Origin: Pseudovirgaria hyperparasitica
Taxonomy: Eukaryota
Strand: one strand, 5' to 3'
NCBI GenBank assembly: GCA_010093815.1
Contig: ML996581.1
Length of the DNA: 64,000 bases
The notes under the pieces are model-generated. The model ran no database searches. It saw nothing but the letters and a program-made list of their open reading frames with translations, and had not been told where the DNA came from. Below are positions 40,749-51,504 of this stretch, piece after piece. The position numbers and the translations under genes were made by a program. Numbering within the stretch: the stretch's first letter is position 1; each line of letters opens with the position of its first letter.

Positions 40749-40840
40749 TATGTATGTATGTATGTATGTATGTATGTATGTATGTATGTATGTATGTATG
40801 TATGTATGTATGTATGTATGTATGTATGTATGTATGTATG
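40749..40840. repeat. (TATG)n microsatellite, about 23 copies
   Basis: Perfect tatg array. Confidence 0.95.
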
Positions 40841-41107
40841 CATGTACAAGGAATGGACGAAAGAACTATATTTGGAGCAGACAGATGGTTCTATAGAAGC
40901 ATATCGTGGTCATGGCTTTTCGACGGACGGATAATTGCGAGTCGACACCAAAGGACACGGTCCAGTCTCGTGAAATGAGTGAGAGTCAGGCCTCAGCAGC
41001 GTTACTCCGAGAGTTGTCTGTAGGTATGAGGGGAGAGGTGACATCGATGTTCTGCAAGTGGCAAAGGGAAAGCAAGTCTGCGATGAACACTACTACTTTT
41101 CTACTAC

Positions 41108-43411
41108 TCAATCATACTTCACGTCGATCTTGACCTTCTCATGCTCCCACCCACTCCTAGCATTCACTGCGGTGAGCTTCATCTCGAGGGTGTCGTCGTG
41201 CACTGCTCTGACGTTGACAAGCGACGCCCAAGTGGAGTTCTTCTTGATCCCAGCTCCAGTTCCTTTCAGCTTATCGTCAGGTGTGGAGTTGAACGCCAGT
41301 GCGACCAGCGCACTAATGTCACCCCAGGCAGAGCAGTACTTGTAACGACCGAACGACCATAGCAGGATGATGGATACAAAGTGCAACGTGACCAGGGCAC
41401 AGTAGATCAGAAGGAAGCAGACGGCGACTTTTGTTGACGTGCTGTCAATCTGCCAGCCGTAGCCGTGCTGCCTGACATTGAAGCGGAATTTGAAGGCTTC
41501 GTTGTTCAAGTAGGTCATGTTTTCATGTTCTTCGGGGCTGATTTGTATGCCTTGTTCAAGGTAGAGGGCGGAGCGGGTTTCGCGGAGATTGATTAATGAG
41601 GCCTCGCTTCTGTTGGTGCTTGTGTCTAGCATCACAGTTTCTAACAGCCCGGGAGCGGTGAGACCGTTTGTGATGAGTACGCTCATGAGCTTGGATATGG
41701 ACTCGGCGAAGAAGGCGTCTCTGGCTGCGATAGGTGATTCGGAGGCTTTCAGAGAGAGGTTAAACTTCGAAGCGTATCCGTCGGGTCCGAATATTGGAAG
41801 TTCTGATAGAAGCACGTCGCCACTCACCCAGTCAGGACTGTGATCGTAGATGCTAACATTGGTTATCCACTTGGCGAAGTCAGTCTGGATGTCGATGGGC
41901 TTGTCAGACATGCCATAGCGACGTCTGAAGTCTTCGGCTGTGCCTGTCTTGCCTATCTTTCGTGAATGGAGCTCGCCCAGGTTGTCAGTTACGTTGCTCG
42001 AGACCTTTGTCGAATTTCTGGGCTGGTAATAAACATTGGCTGCCACCCATCTAGCATCGATCGAGCAGGGAACCAGTGCATACTGGGGTGGGTTGGGGTA
42101 CAGGTTTCTTTCCGATATGGGAAGTCCGGTAAGAGCAAGTATGGAGGATGTGTTGTTACCTGTGCGATCGTCTCTGATCCAGGAAAAGCGACGTTTAGAA
42201 AAATTACGCCACTGGCCCCACGTGTCTGACTCCACGTTCAGAACGAACGGGTCCTGACTCACATCGTTCCACCCAATCTCTGCTGTTGGGAAGGTAATGT
42301 TTGGAGTAGTTTGGTTCTGGTCCCATATCTGAGTATTGCATTCGACATGAACGATGGGCTGGTATATTGCAGTTTCAGGAGCAATGCGAAACTCTGGAGA
42401 ATTGATACTGGCAAGACTTGGAATATTCTCACGTACGTAGCTCCAGAGTCCACCCGCTCCAAGCAGGATTGTTTTGGTGATTGCTGTGGAAACAGTGCCG
42501 AATTGAAAATCTGCGACTCTTTCCAGTGTCCCTATGCTCAAATGACGCTGTGCGTCGGAGTAAGTGTCCTCGAAGACGATACCGGCTTCTGCCCCATTGC
42601 TGATATGGCCTTGCCACCAGAACATGATCTCTGACAGGCCAACGCCAGGGCAAGGGCCCTCGATATACAGCAACGGTGAAACATCGTTGCAAGTTCCGCC
42701 GTATGTTTTGGTCTCGTTTAATGTTGTCCTCCATTGATTCTGGTTGGTCGTATATATAACACCCGACTGATCTTGAAAAGGAGTATCGACAACATACCAG
42801 CCACGGCGCGGTATCATGGCCATTGCTGAAAAGGGACCAAGGAAGAGCGACAAGATGCAGATGATGAGCAGCAGAGTTGCGTAGGGGGCGTATCTTAGTT
42901 TCCGAACTCCATGGAACCAGAAAGGAACCTGAAACATCATCGAGACAGTGCCGCAAATATATGGAGCGCCTAGCAGACCGAAAGGTAAGCCTTGCGGTCC
43001 CAGGAGGTACTCTCGCATGTAATGGAGGGCGATGAAGGACAGAGACGAAACCAGGACCAATTCGTGAGCCTTGGACGCGACTTGCCACATGTTAAGGGAA
43101 ACGTCCTCGTTGCTCATCAATATTGTTTCTAGCTTTGTGGAGTAGAGCTTTCTGTAGTTTATCCAGACTATTGTGATTGTGACACCAAGGCCAACAATAT
43201 GAGTGAGTAATTCCGGCCATGGAAGACCTCTGCTGACAGCTACTTTTGAAGGCTCCTTGCGGCCGGATGGTTCGACTTTGAAAATAGAGCTAGGGGGACG
43301 GGATATACAGTTGACGGTTTGACCCTGTTCAGTCTTGTCTGGGAGTAATGGGTAGGTTGCTGAGTATGCGAGGTCAGGAGTGTCTAGTCCCCTGGGGGTT
43401 GTTGAATCCAT
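41108..43411 (-). CDS. Intronless 767-aa fungal membrane glycoprotein of unknown function
   Basis: Long ORF with an N-terminal TM cluster (QVASKAHEL, GLPFGLL, LGPFSAMAMIPR), an N-glycosylation-rich loop, and a C-terminal TM plus SAWGDISALVALAFNS. Confidence 0.85.
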   Translation of the reverse strand: MDSTTPRGLDTPDLAYSATYPLLPDKTEQGQTVNCISRPPSSIFKVEPSGRKEPSKVAVSRGLPWPELLTHIVGLGVTITIVWINYRKLYSTKLETILMSNEDVSLNMWQVASKAHELVLVSSLSFIALHYMREYLLGPQGLPFGLLGAPYICGTVSMMFQVPFWFHGVRKLRYAPYATLLLIICILSLFLGPFSAMAMIPRRGWYVVDTPFQDQSGVIYTTNQNQWRTTLNETKTYGGTCNDVSPLLYIEGPCPGVGLSEIMFWWQGHISNGAEAGIVFEDTYSDAQRHLSIGTLERVADFQFGTVSTAITKTILLGAGGLWSYVRENIPSLASINSPEFRIAPETAIYQPIVHVECNTQIWDQNQTTPNITFPTAEIGWNDVSQDPFVLNVESDTWGQWRNFSKRRFSWIRDDRTGNNTSSILALTGLPISERNLYPNPPQYALVPCSIDARWVAANVYYQPRNSTKVSSNVTDNLGELHSRKIGKTGTAEDFRRRYGMSDKPIDIQTDFAKWITNVSIYDHSPDWVSGDVLLSELPIFGPDGYASKFNLSLKASESPIAARDAFFAESISKLMSVLITNGLTAPGLLETVMLDTSTNRSEASLINLRETRSALYLEQGIQISPEEHENMTYLNNEAFKFRFNVRQHGYGWQIDSTSTKVAVCFLLIYCALVTLHFVSIILLWSFGRYKYCSAWGDISALVALAFNSTPDDKLKGTGAGIKKNSTWASLVNVRAVHDDTLEMKLTAVNARSGWEHEKVKIDVKYD

Positions 43412-43465
43412 GATGAGAATCTTCGAGTCTTGAATGACGAAAAGCGTTCGCCTTGTTCAGTGGAA

Positions 43466-43552
43466 GAGCAAAGACTTGGAAGTCTGCAGCCTTATAAAGG
43501 TCTCGCCAGTTGGGGAGCAAAGACTTGGGAATCTGCAGCGTTATAAAGGTCT
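43466..43552. repeat. Imperfect 38-bp direct repeat (period 49) containing TTATAAAGG
   Basis: gagcaaagacttggaagtctgcagccttataaaggtct versus gagcaaagacttgggaatctgcagcgttataaaggtct. Confidence 0.85.
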
Positions 43553-44397
43553 TTTCAGACTCGAGAGCGAATTACTCACTCTCTCTCAAAATAGGTGCGT
43601 AGTAGCCCGTCGCTCGGCTTGCAATATTGCGGCACAGCATATGGCGACTGCAATTGGATGAGATATCGACGGGGATGATGCATGGCTCGTGTGCAAGTGC
43701 AGTTTCAGCCTTTCAGCCTTGCAGAAGTCAGGTACTAAAAAGAGCCGACAATGACAGAGAAGGACGAGGCCAGAGGCTCCCATGACGCATGGCACATGGC
43801 GAGGCAATATTGGATGCGGTGTGAAGATGCAGAATGTACTGAAAATAGAAGCTCGACCGGAGAAACATACAGGTCAGATGTCTATCATGCACCAAGCCAA
43901 GTCGAGAGAGATTGTTGTGGTTGGGCATGGACGATGTGCATATGCGCCGCATCGGTCGAGAGAGAAGAGGAATTGGCCATGGATCTATTTTCTAACAAGG
44001 CTGCCCGTTACTGATGGTGGTATCTGAGGTTCCGAGAGAGGACTAGAGATCAGCCTTGCGGAAGGTGTTGTTTGCATGAATATGTCCGGCGAGACTGAGG
44101 GATCATGTCTTGAAATGCGTGATGGAAGTGAAGTATATTTAGGATACAAGGAGTGATGGCGGCTGGCCTTGGTGATGGTTTACGTGCGTAGGATTGTCAA
44201 TCTATCATGTTCTTATGTTGATGTGATGAGGTAGTCATGCCTTGACTCTTGAGAGGTGTTGTGGCGCTAGTATCGACTGGTCATAGCGCACTTCGAAGGT
44301 TCTTTCCACTTTAGACTAGTGCCTGTGTCCTAATTAAGAGCAGAACATCAAAGTTCCACCAGCAGGTCCGCAGAGGTATCATTGGACTCCAACAGCG

Positions 44398-46004
44398 ATG
44401 GCAAGCAACATATATGCGTATGTGACCAAGTCGCCTACGTCTGGCAACGGGCTCTTCGCAAAGAAAGAGGTTGGTGGCGGCGAGCTGATAGTGAAGCTGG
44501 CACGGCCGATGATAGCAGCTCTGGACTACTCGAGGCTTGAAGATACGTGTGCGAATTGCTATGCGAGCAAGACGGCATCATCGATTCGCAACCGTGAGTA
44601 TGGAAAGGCAGGTGAGCAATTCTTCAAACTCAGTGCCTGCACTGGCTGCAAGGTTGTCAAATACTGTGGCAAGGTGAGGGACAAGAGGCGCGTCAGGTTC
44701 AGTATCCATGGACTGACTGACAGGACCAAGAAATGTCAATCGCGAGCGTGGAAACGGCACCACAAGGTGAATTGTAAGCTTTTCAATCGAATCCCCACCC
44801 GGCTTCTGTCGAACGCGGTTCGGGCGATATTGCAGATCCGTGCAATGGAAGCTCTCGGCACGTTGGAAGAGCACTGGCACGCGTTTGCAGGTCTGGAGTC
44901 GCATGCAGAGCAGTTCAGCGGGCAACACCGCAAGTATTGGAACGAGACGGAGCAGGTGCTTTCCTTGCTGGATCAGTTCACGCAAGAAGAGATGCAAATC
45001 CGAGGCATGGCTAAGCAAGACTTGCATGGTCGAGTACGTTCTCATATCATGCGGACGCACACTCCTCTGCCTCTGGGAGAGATTAGTTGATGTGGAATGT
45101 GCAGGTCCTCACGAACAGCCTGACACTGGTGACGGCGGTGTTTGACCCTATCGGAATCTGCCTCGATCCGCTGGTGGCAGCGTCGAACCATTCATGTGAG
45201 CCAAACGCGGCGATAGTGATGGATGGGCCAGAGCTGTCGATGAGGTCGCTACGTCGAATAGCAAAGGACGAGGAGATCTTCATTGCATATGTCGACACGA
45301 CCAATCCATTTTCTTATCGTCAGCAGGAGCTCAGTAGTCGGTACTTCTTTGATTGCTCATGTAGGAAATGCCGGACAGGATCAGAGCTCGAGATGGAAAA
45401 AGACAGGAACAAAGCTGCAGTACAGGCGGCAGGATTGGAGAAGCTGAAGCAGGCCAAGAAGGCTGGAGCAGCCGAAGCGGTCACGAAGCTTGAGGATGGA
45501 CTGAAGATGTGCTTTGAGTGTGGAGCGATTGGACTGACCGAACAACCGTACGCAGCATTACGGCATAGCTTGATGGTGAATCTCATCAGCAGCGGCAAAT
45601 ACGATGTGGGATTTATGCAGGGCATCAAGATGTACTGTCATGTTGAACCAGGCATCTTTGACGAGTCATTCCACCCGGTCAGAGTGGCTCGCAACTGGGT
45701 TCTCCTGCGGCTGATATGTGCACTTCTGGCCGACTACAGATATCGCGAGTACATGAGTGAGTTGATGGCAAGAAGTGGCGTTGATTTCGCGATTGTTGTA
45801 TATCACATGTTCCAAGATGTGGTTGACGCGGTGGACAAGAGTCATGGACGGGAGAGCAGCTTGGCCAAGAGTATCGGGGAGGAGTTTGAGGCGACGCTGG
45901 ACACGCTGGATGCGCGAGATGCGGGGATGAAAGCAGCGTATTCTGCAGCACGGGCAGCGCAGTTTTCAAAACTGGAGCAGCTGGCAAACACGGTCGAGAT
46001 GTGA
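44398..46004 (+). CDS. SET and MYND domain lysine methyltransferase (SMYD-like), 3 exons
   Basis: GNGLFA, CANC...CTGCKVVKYCGKKCQSRAWKRHHKVNC (MYND), NHSCEPN, EEIFIAYVD, post-SET YFFDCSCRKC. Confidence 0.9.
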
Positions 46005-46473
46005 CTTTTTGCCGTGTGGACGTTGGACAGTGGTCAGACAGACAGACCGAGATTTGTGGCACGCGGCGGGTCACGTGCCATCACATCAATATGTACGTGC
46101 ACACGCAGCACATGCATGGCATTTTACCGGATCGTCTAGATCTATCATCTAAAATCTGCTGGATCCATCCATCTAATCTGGACGGCGCATGGGGTAGATG
46201 GACAAGGGAAGATGGGAATAAAAAGAGAAGAGAAAAGGAAAAGAAAATAGAGAACGGCTGACTAATGGGTATTGCTGCCTCAGTCAAACCTTCAAAACCC
46301 CCATTCATCCTGACGTCGGGACAGCGATTTCGCGTTATGGAGGGAAGGGGTTGCGTGCTCTACCAACGCTGTGATTGGTTGGCGGTTGGTCTGACTAAGC
46401 CAGACTAACCCTCTATAGCGAACGCCGCCCGAACGCCCAAACGCCCGAACGCGCCTTCCCCGCCGAAACTCGT

Positions 46474-46570
46474 TACTACTACTGCTTACTACTACTGCTA
46501 CTATTACTACTACTACTACACCATCACCATATCCACGATGGTCAATCACTACTACTACAGTACTACTTCA
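46474..46570. repeat. Degenerate (CTA)n repeat
   Basis: Interrupted tactactact runs. Confidence 0.7.
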
Positions 46571-47307
46571 ATCCTACTACTACCATTACCATATCCACTT
46601 CTCGCTTCAATCATCGGCACCCACAACTTGACACTCTAGCACAAGAGCGTGGGGCTTCCACTACGTCGTCGACTTTCCAATTTATCCCAATCCCATCATT
46701 CGATGCCAAAATCCCGCTGCCCATCATGCCATCCATCATCCATCTACACCTTCATCTCTCCTACCCAACAACCTATACACTTCTGACCTTTTGACATCTT
46801 CGCGTCTACTGCTTCATTGCGGAAGAAGTCTGTCCGTTTTGACGAACCTCTCTTGCTCTGCCGCTGTCAGTGAGCTTACTTGTTCTTGGCGCCGCACCCA
46901 ATCACAAGATAATTACCATCCCGCCGCCCAGCTCTCGACTCTTGTCTCCTCCTAGTCACGCAATACACTGGCTTGTTGACAACTTGGCCTGTTTTTTGCT
47001 TCTTTTCCATTTCAACACCCTCCCATTCACTTCTAGACCCCCAATCTACCTCGTGTCTGGCCCCGCACAACCCTGCTGCCCACAAGCCAAACACGCCTGG
47101 AAACCTCTCCATTTACCGCGTTTCGCCTCCTTGGACAGCCACTATCACCCCCAAACTGGCCATAGCTTCACCAAGCATCTCTCCACTAGTCTTGCCCTGT
47201 CAACCACCCTTCTATATATCTTGTCGGTCCAATCTTTTAATCTTTTGACACTGCCATATCCATCCGACTTTTGACTGTCTCTATTGTCTCTGTCGCCTTT
47301 CGCCACA

Positions 47308-49965
47308 ATGGCCGTCACCCGTAAGAAGATCGGCCATGCCCTGGCGAAGCCTCTGGGCATCAAGCTCGATTATCGCAATGAGACGGGCGCCAGAACTACT
47401 CGTGGAGAGTCTGTCTTCTCCGTCTCGAGCGCAGACACCTTCGTGGAAGAAGAGCCCACCGTGCAGGAGTGGTTTGCTGAGATAACGCCCTCCTTAAAGG
47501 ACGTTGGCCGTTATTTCTACAACCTATTTCCATTCCTGAGATGGATTGGCCGTTATAATCTGCAGTGGCTGTACGGGGATCTGGTTGCTGGCACGTACAA
47601 TCTGCTCCACCTCACCCATGCCATTCTCTGACATCGTTCTAGGTATCACTGTTGGTGCTGTTGTCGTGCCCCAAAGCATGGCCTACGCAAACCTCGCCCT
47701 GCTGCCCGTCGAGTTTGGTCTCTACTCCTCTTTCATGGGCGTCCTCATCTACTGGTTCTTCGCCACCTCCAAGGACATCACCATCGGCGTAGGTCGCAAT
47801 TCGCTCTGCAGTACCAGCACAGTCTCGTCTAGCTAACACTCCCTCAAGCCGGTCGCCGTCCTGTCTACTGTAACTGGCAACGTTGTCTCTAACGCTACCG
47901 CCAAACTTCCTCAGTACGCAGATACTCCGTGGGTTTACGCCAACTGTCTTGCAATTATTGGTGGCGCCATCGTCTGTTTCCTGGGTCTTGCCCGTCTGGG
48001 CTTCATCGTCGAGCTCATCTCGTTGACGGCCATTTCTGCCTTCATGACTGGTTCTGCCATCAGCATCGCTGTCGGGCAGTTGCCTGCACTCATGGGCATC
48101 ACGACTGTCAACAACCGTGCCGAGACATACAAAGTCTTTATAAACTTCCTCAAAGCCTTGCCCCAGACCAAGTTGGACGCCGCCATGGGCCTGACTGCTC
48201 TTGCTATGCTCTACCTTATTCGGAGCGGCTGCAACTTCGCCGCCCGGAAGTTCCCGAGCCGCGCCAAGACATTTTTCTTCTTGTCCACCCTTAGGACCGC
48301 ATTCGTCATCCTGCTCTATACTGGCATCAGTGCTGGTGCCAACCATGGTCTGCCAGGCGTTCATGTCGGTGTGAAACCAAAGAACCCCAAGTTCCGTATT
48401 CTCGGTGTGGTTCCCCGTGGTTTCACCCACGCCCAAGTCCCCACCGTTGACACCGCTGTTATCAAATCGTTCTTGTCCGATCTGCCTGTCCTGGTCATTG
48501 TCCTGCTGATTGAGCACATTTCCATCTCAAAGTCCTTTGGTAGGGTGAATAATTACACCATAGACCCATCGCAGGAACTGGTTGCCATTGGTGTCACAAA
48601 TCTGCTCGGTCCTTTCCTTGGTGCATACCCAGCCACAGGATCCTTCTCCCGTACTGCGATTAAATCAAAAGCTGGTGTCAGAACCCCCTTTGCCGGTGTG
48701 ATCACCGCGCTTGTCGTTCTTCTTGCCATCTACGCCTTGACTGCTGTCTTCTACTACATTCCTCAGGCCTCGCTTTCGGCCGTCATCATCCACGCCGTTG
48801 GAGACTTGATTACTCCGCCAAACACCGTCTACCAGTACTGGAAGGTAGCGCCACTTGAAGTTCCCATCTTCTTTGCTGGTGTGTTGGTGACCGTCTTCAG
48901 CTCCATTGAAAATGGAATCTATGTCACGATCGGCTTGTCCGCTGGAGTCTACCTCTTCCGTCTGTTCAAGGCACAGGGACGATTCCTCGGTCAGGTCAAG
49001 GTTCACTCAGTTATTGGAGACCATCTCTTGGACGACGGACGAGGCGGCGAGACGGGTCCAATCGGAGACACGAACGTCGACACCTCGACTCGCAGCATCT
49101 TCCTGCCAATTGACCATCGTGACGGCTCCAACCCCTCCATCGATGTCGAAGCTCCCTACCCAGGTGTCTTCATCTACAGATTCTCCGAGAGCTTCAACTA
49201 CCCCAACGCCAACCACTATCTAGACTACCTCGTCCAGACCATCATGAGCCAGACGAGGAGAACTAACGCAGCTACGTATGGAAGACCTGGCGTAAGTCTG
49301 ACCACTCTCCTCCCCCCAATCCCACCCAACCACTGACCAATGCCTTTTAGGACCGACCATGGAACGACCCCGGCCCAAAACCCGGCAAAGAACACGCAGA
49401 AGACGACAAACCCACCCTCAAAGCCGTCATCCTCGACTTCTCCTCCGTCAACAACGTCGACATCACATCCGTCCAGAACCTGATTGACGTGCGCAACCAG
49501 CTCGACAAATACGCCTCCCCGGACCGCGTCAACTGGCACATTGCCTGCATCAACAACCGCTGGACCAAGCGCGCCCTCGCAAACGCCGGCTTCGGCTACC
49601 CGACCCCCGAAACGGATCCCAGCGAGGGCGTCAAGCGCTGGAAGCCCATCTTCAGCGTTGCCGAAATGGGTGGCCACAACAATAGTGCCGCTGCCGCCGC
49701 CGAGGCCGAACACAACAAGCGACTTAGGAAATGGGGTAGTACCGATATTGAGGTTGCGCCGCAGGAGGAGGCTAGTAGCTCCGATCACGACTCCATTGAG
49801 AAGAGAGTCTCGCGTTCGCGCGCGTATAGCACGAATGCGCGGGGTGGTGGTGTTGGCGGCGACACCATCAAGGTCGTGCATGGCATCAACAGGCCTCTGT
49901 TCCATATTGATGTCACGAGCGCGCTCCAGGCTGCGCTTGCTAATGTTGAGCATAAGACGCATTAG
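47308..49965 (+). CDS. SulP/SLC26 sulfate permease with STAS domain, 4 exons (first intron GC-AG)
   Basis: GDLVAGITVGAVVVPQSMAYA, GLYSSFMG, TSKDITIGP, EHISISKSFGR, QELVAIG, YPATGSFSRTA, DRPWNDPGP, ILDFSSVNNVD. Confidence 0.95.
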
Positions 49966-49999
49966 GCGGCGTGTGTTGCGATCCTGTTTCTATCGGTTT

Positions 50000-50060
50000 G
50001 ACTTGACTTGACTTGGCCTTACCTGACTTGACTTGACTTGGCCTTACCTGACTTGACTTG
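50000..50060. repeat. Compound (GACTT)n / 25-bp tandem repeat
   Basis: gacttgacttgacttggccttacct repeated about 2.5 times. Confidence 0.85.
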
Positions 50061-50133
50061 GGTATAATTTTTGCATTTCATGGAGACGGCCATTTACAGG
50101 CATACATATATACACATTAATATATATATGTAT

Positions 50134-50142
<9 letters not shown>

Positions 50143-50207
<65 letters not shown>
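50143..50207. repeat. (CA)n microsatellite, about 32 copies
   Basis: Perfect ca array. Confidence 0.95.
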
Positions 50208-50209
<2 letters not shown>

Positions 50210-51184
50210 TGGTTCGGTCTCGTCGCGGGTAGTATAATGTAATAGACTGCGGCGGTCAGGAGTCGTAAGCATGCTAGGCCATGACAAGAGAGGAGGATAC
50301 ATACATATATCTATATCTATATACATCTATATATACCCCAAAAATACACGGCACACGTCAAGGGGTCCTTTACCTGTAGCTTGCTTGGTACGGCAGGTGC
50401 TGTGTGCTGTGCATTCCAATGCTTTCGTTCCATCTTTCCTTCCTTCCATCCTTCCTTCCTTGCATCTTTCCTTCCTTCCTTGCTTCCACTCACTTGACAC
50501 TCGACACGGAAGGAACAACACAAGGGACACGACACGGAAGGAACAACAAGGCACACAAAACGCACAAAGACACGCTAGCATCGCGTTTTATATATATACA
50601 CATTACGAGGCGGAGAAAGGCTCTGTTTCCAAGCCCAAGCGTCCACGTACCGGAGGGAGCGGCATATCTACAAATCTCAGCCCCCTTTCATCCTCCCTCT
50701 TCCTTCTTCCTTCTTCCCTCTTCCCTCTTCCTTCTTCCATCTGCACACTGTCCCATCTACCCTACCATCCACTCTTCCCGTCCCTCTCACTCCCTAAGCT
50801 TGTCCTCCTACCGAAACTTGTCCCCTTATCCTCACCGCCCAACCAACCCAAACCAAACGAAACCAAACCAAAAAAACGCCACTGTGCCGACGAAGCAGAC
50901 AAGACAAAACAAACCAAGACAACCCAACAATAAACAGAGAAGAAAGAAAGCGAAACAAAAAAAATGGTGGTATCAAAACAAACACATCATCTAACAGAAA
51001 ATAAGTAGTAAGTAGTAAGTGGTTAGGGAAAAAAAAAGGGAAGAGAGGGGTCGGATCGAGTCACAGGGTATGTATGTATATATACCGTGTTAATGTTGTT
51101 GTTGTGTGTGCTTGAGCGAGAAAAAAACACCCAGGGTCGGGGGTGCGGCAATTGAAGGAAGGGCCTTTCTCACTTCCCCCCCCC

Positions 51185-51194
51185 NNNNNNNNNN
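51185..51194. other. Assembly gap (10 N) between poly-C and poly-A runs
   Basis: nnnnnnnnnn inside low-complexity DNA. Confidence 1.
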
Positions 51195-51504
51195 AAAAAA
51201 AAAAAAAACCTCCCAGATGTGAGAATGCGAAGAGGGGTTCATTCCATTCTCCCCAAACCCAAAAAATACAAAGAAAAAAGGAAGAGGAGGAGGAGGAGGA
51301 GGAGGAGGAGGACAAGACAAAAGGTATGCATGATTAAGACGCCGCCACCTGCCGCCACCTGCCGCCGCCGCTGTATTTGGACAAAGTCGTGCTCACAACG
51401 AACCCCGCCCGCCCAAAACAAAAAAAAGGGGAAAATAACTCTGCAGACAGAGACAAAGACAAGACAAGACAAGACAAGACAGGATGGGAGGGAGGAGTGT
51501 GTCA

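Noticed and set aside
46384..46410. Imperfect inverted repeat GGTTGGTCTG-N7-CAGACTAACC upstream of SulP
   Set aside because: Too short to exceed chance; no target-site duplication or second copy.
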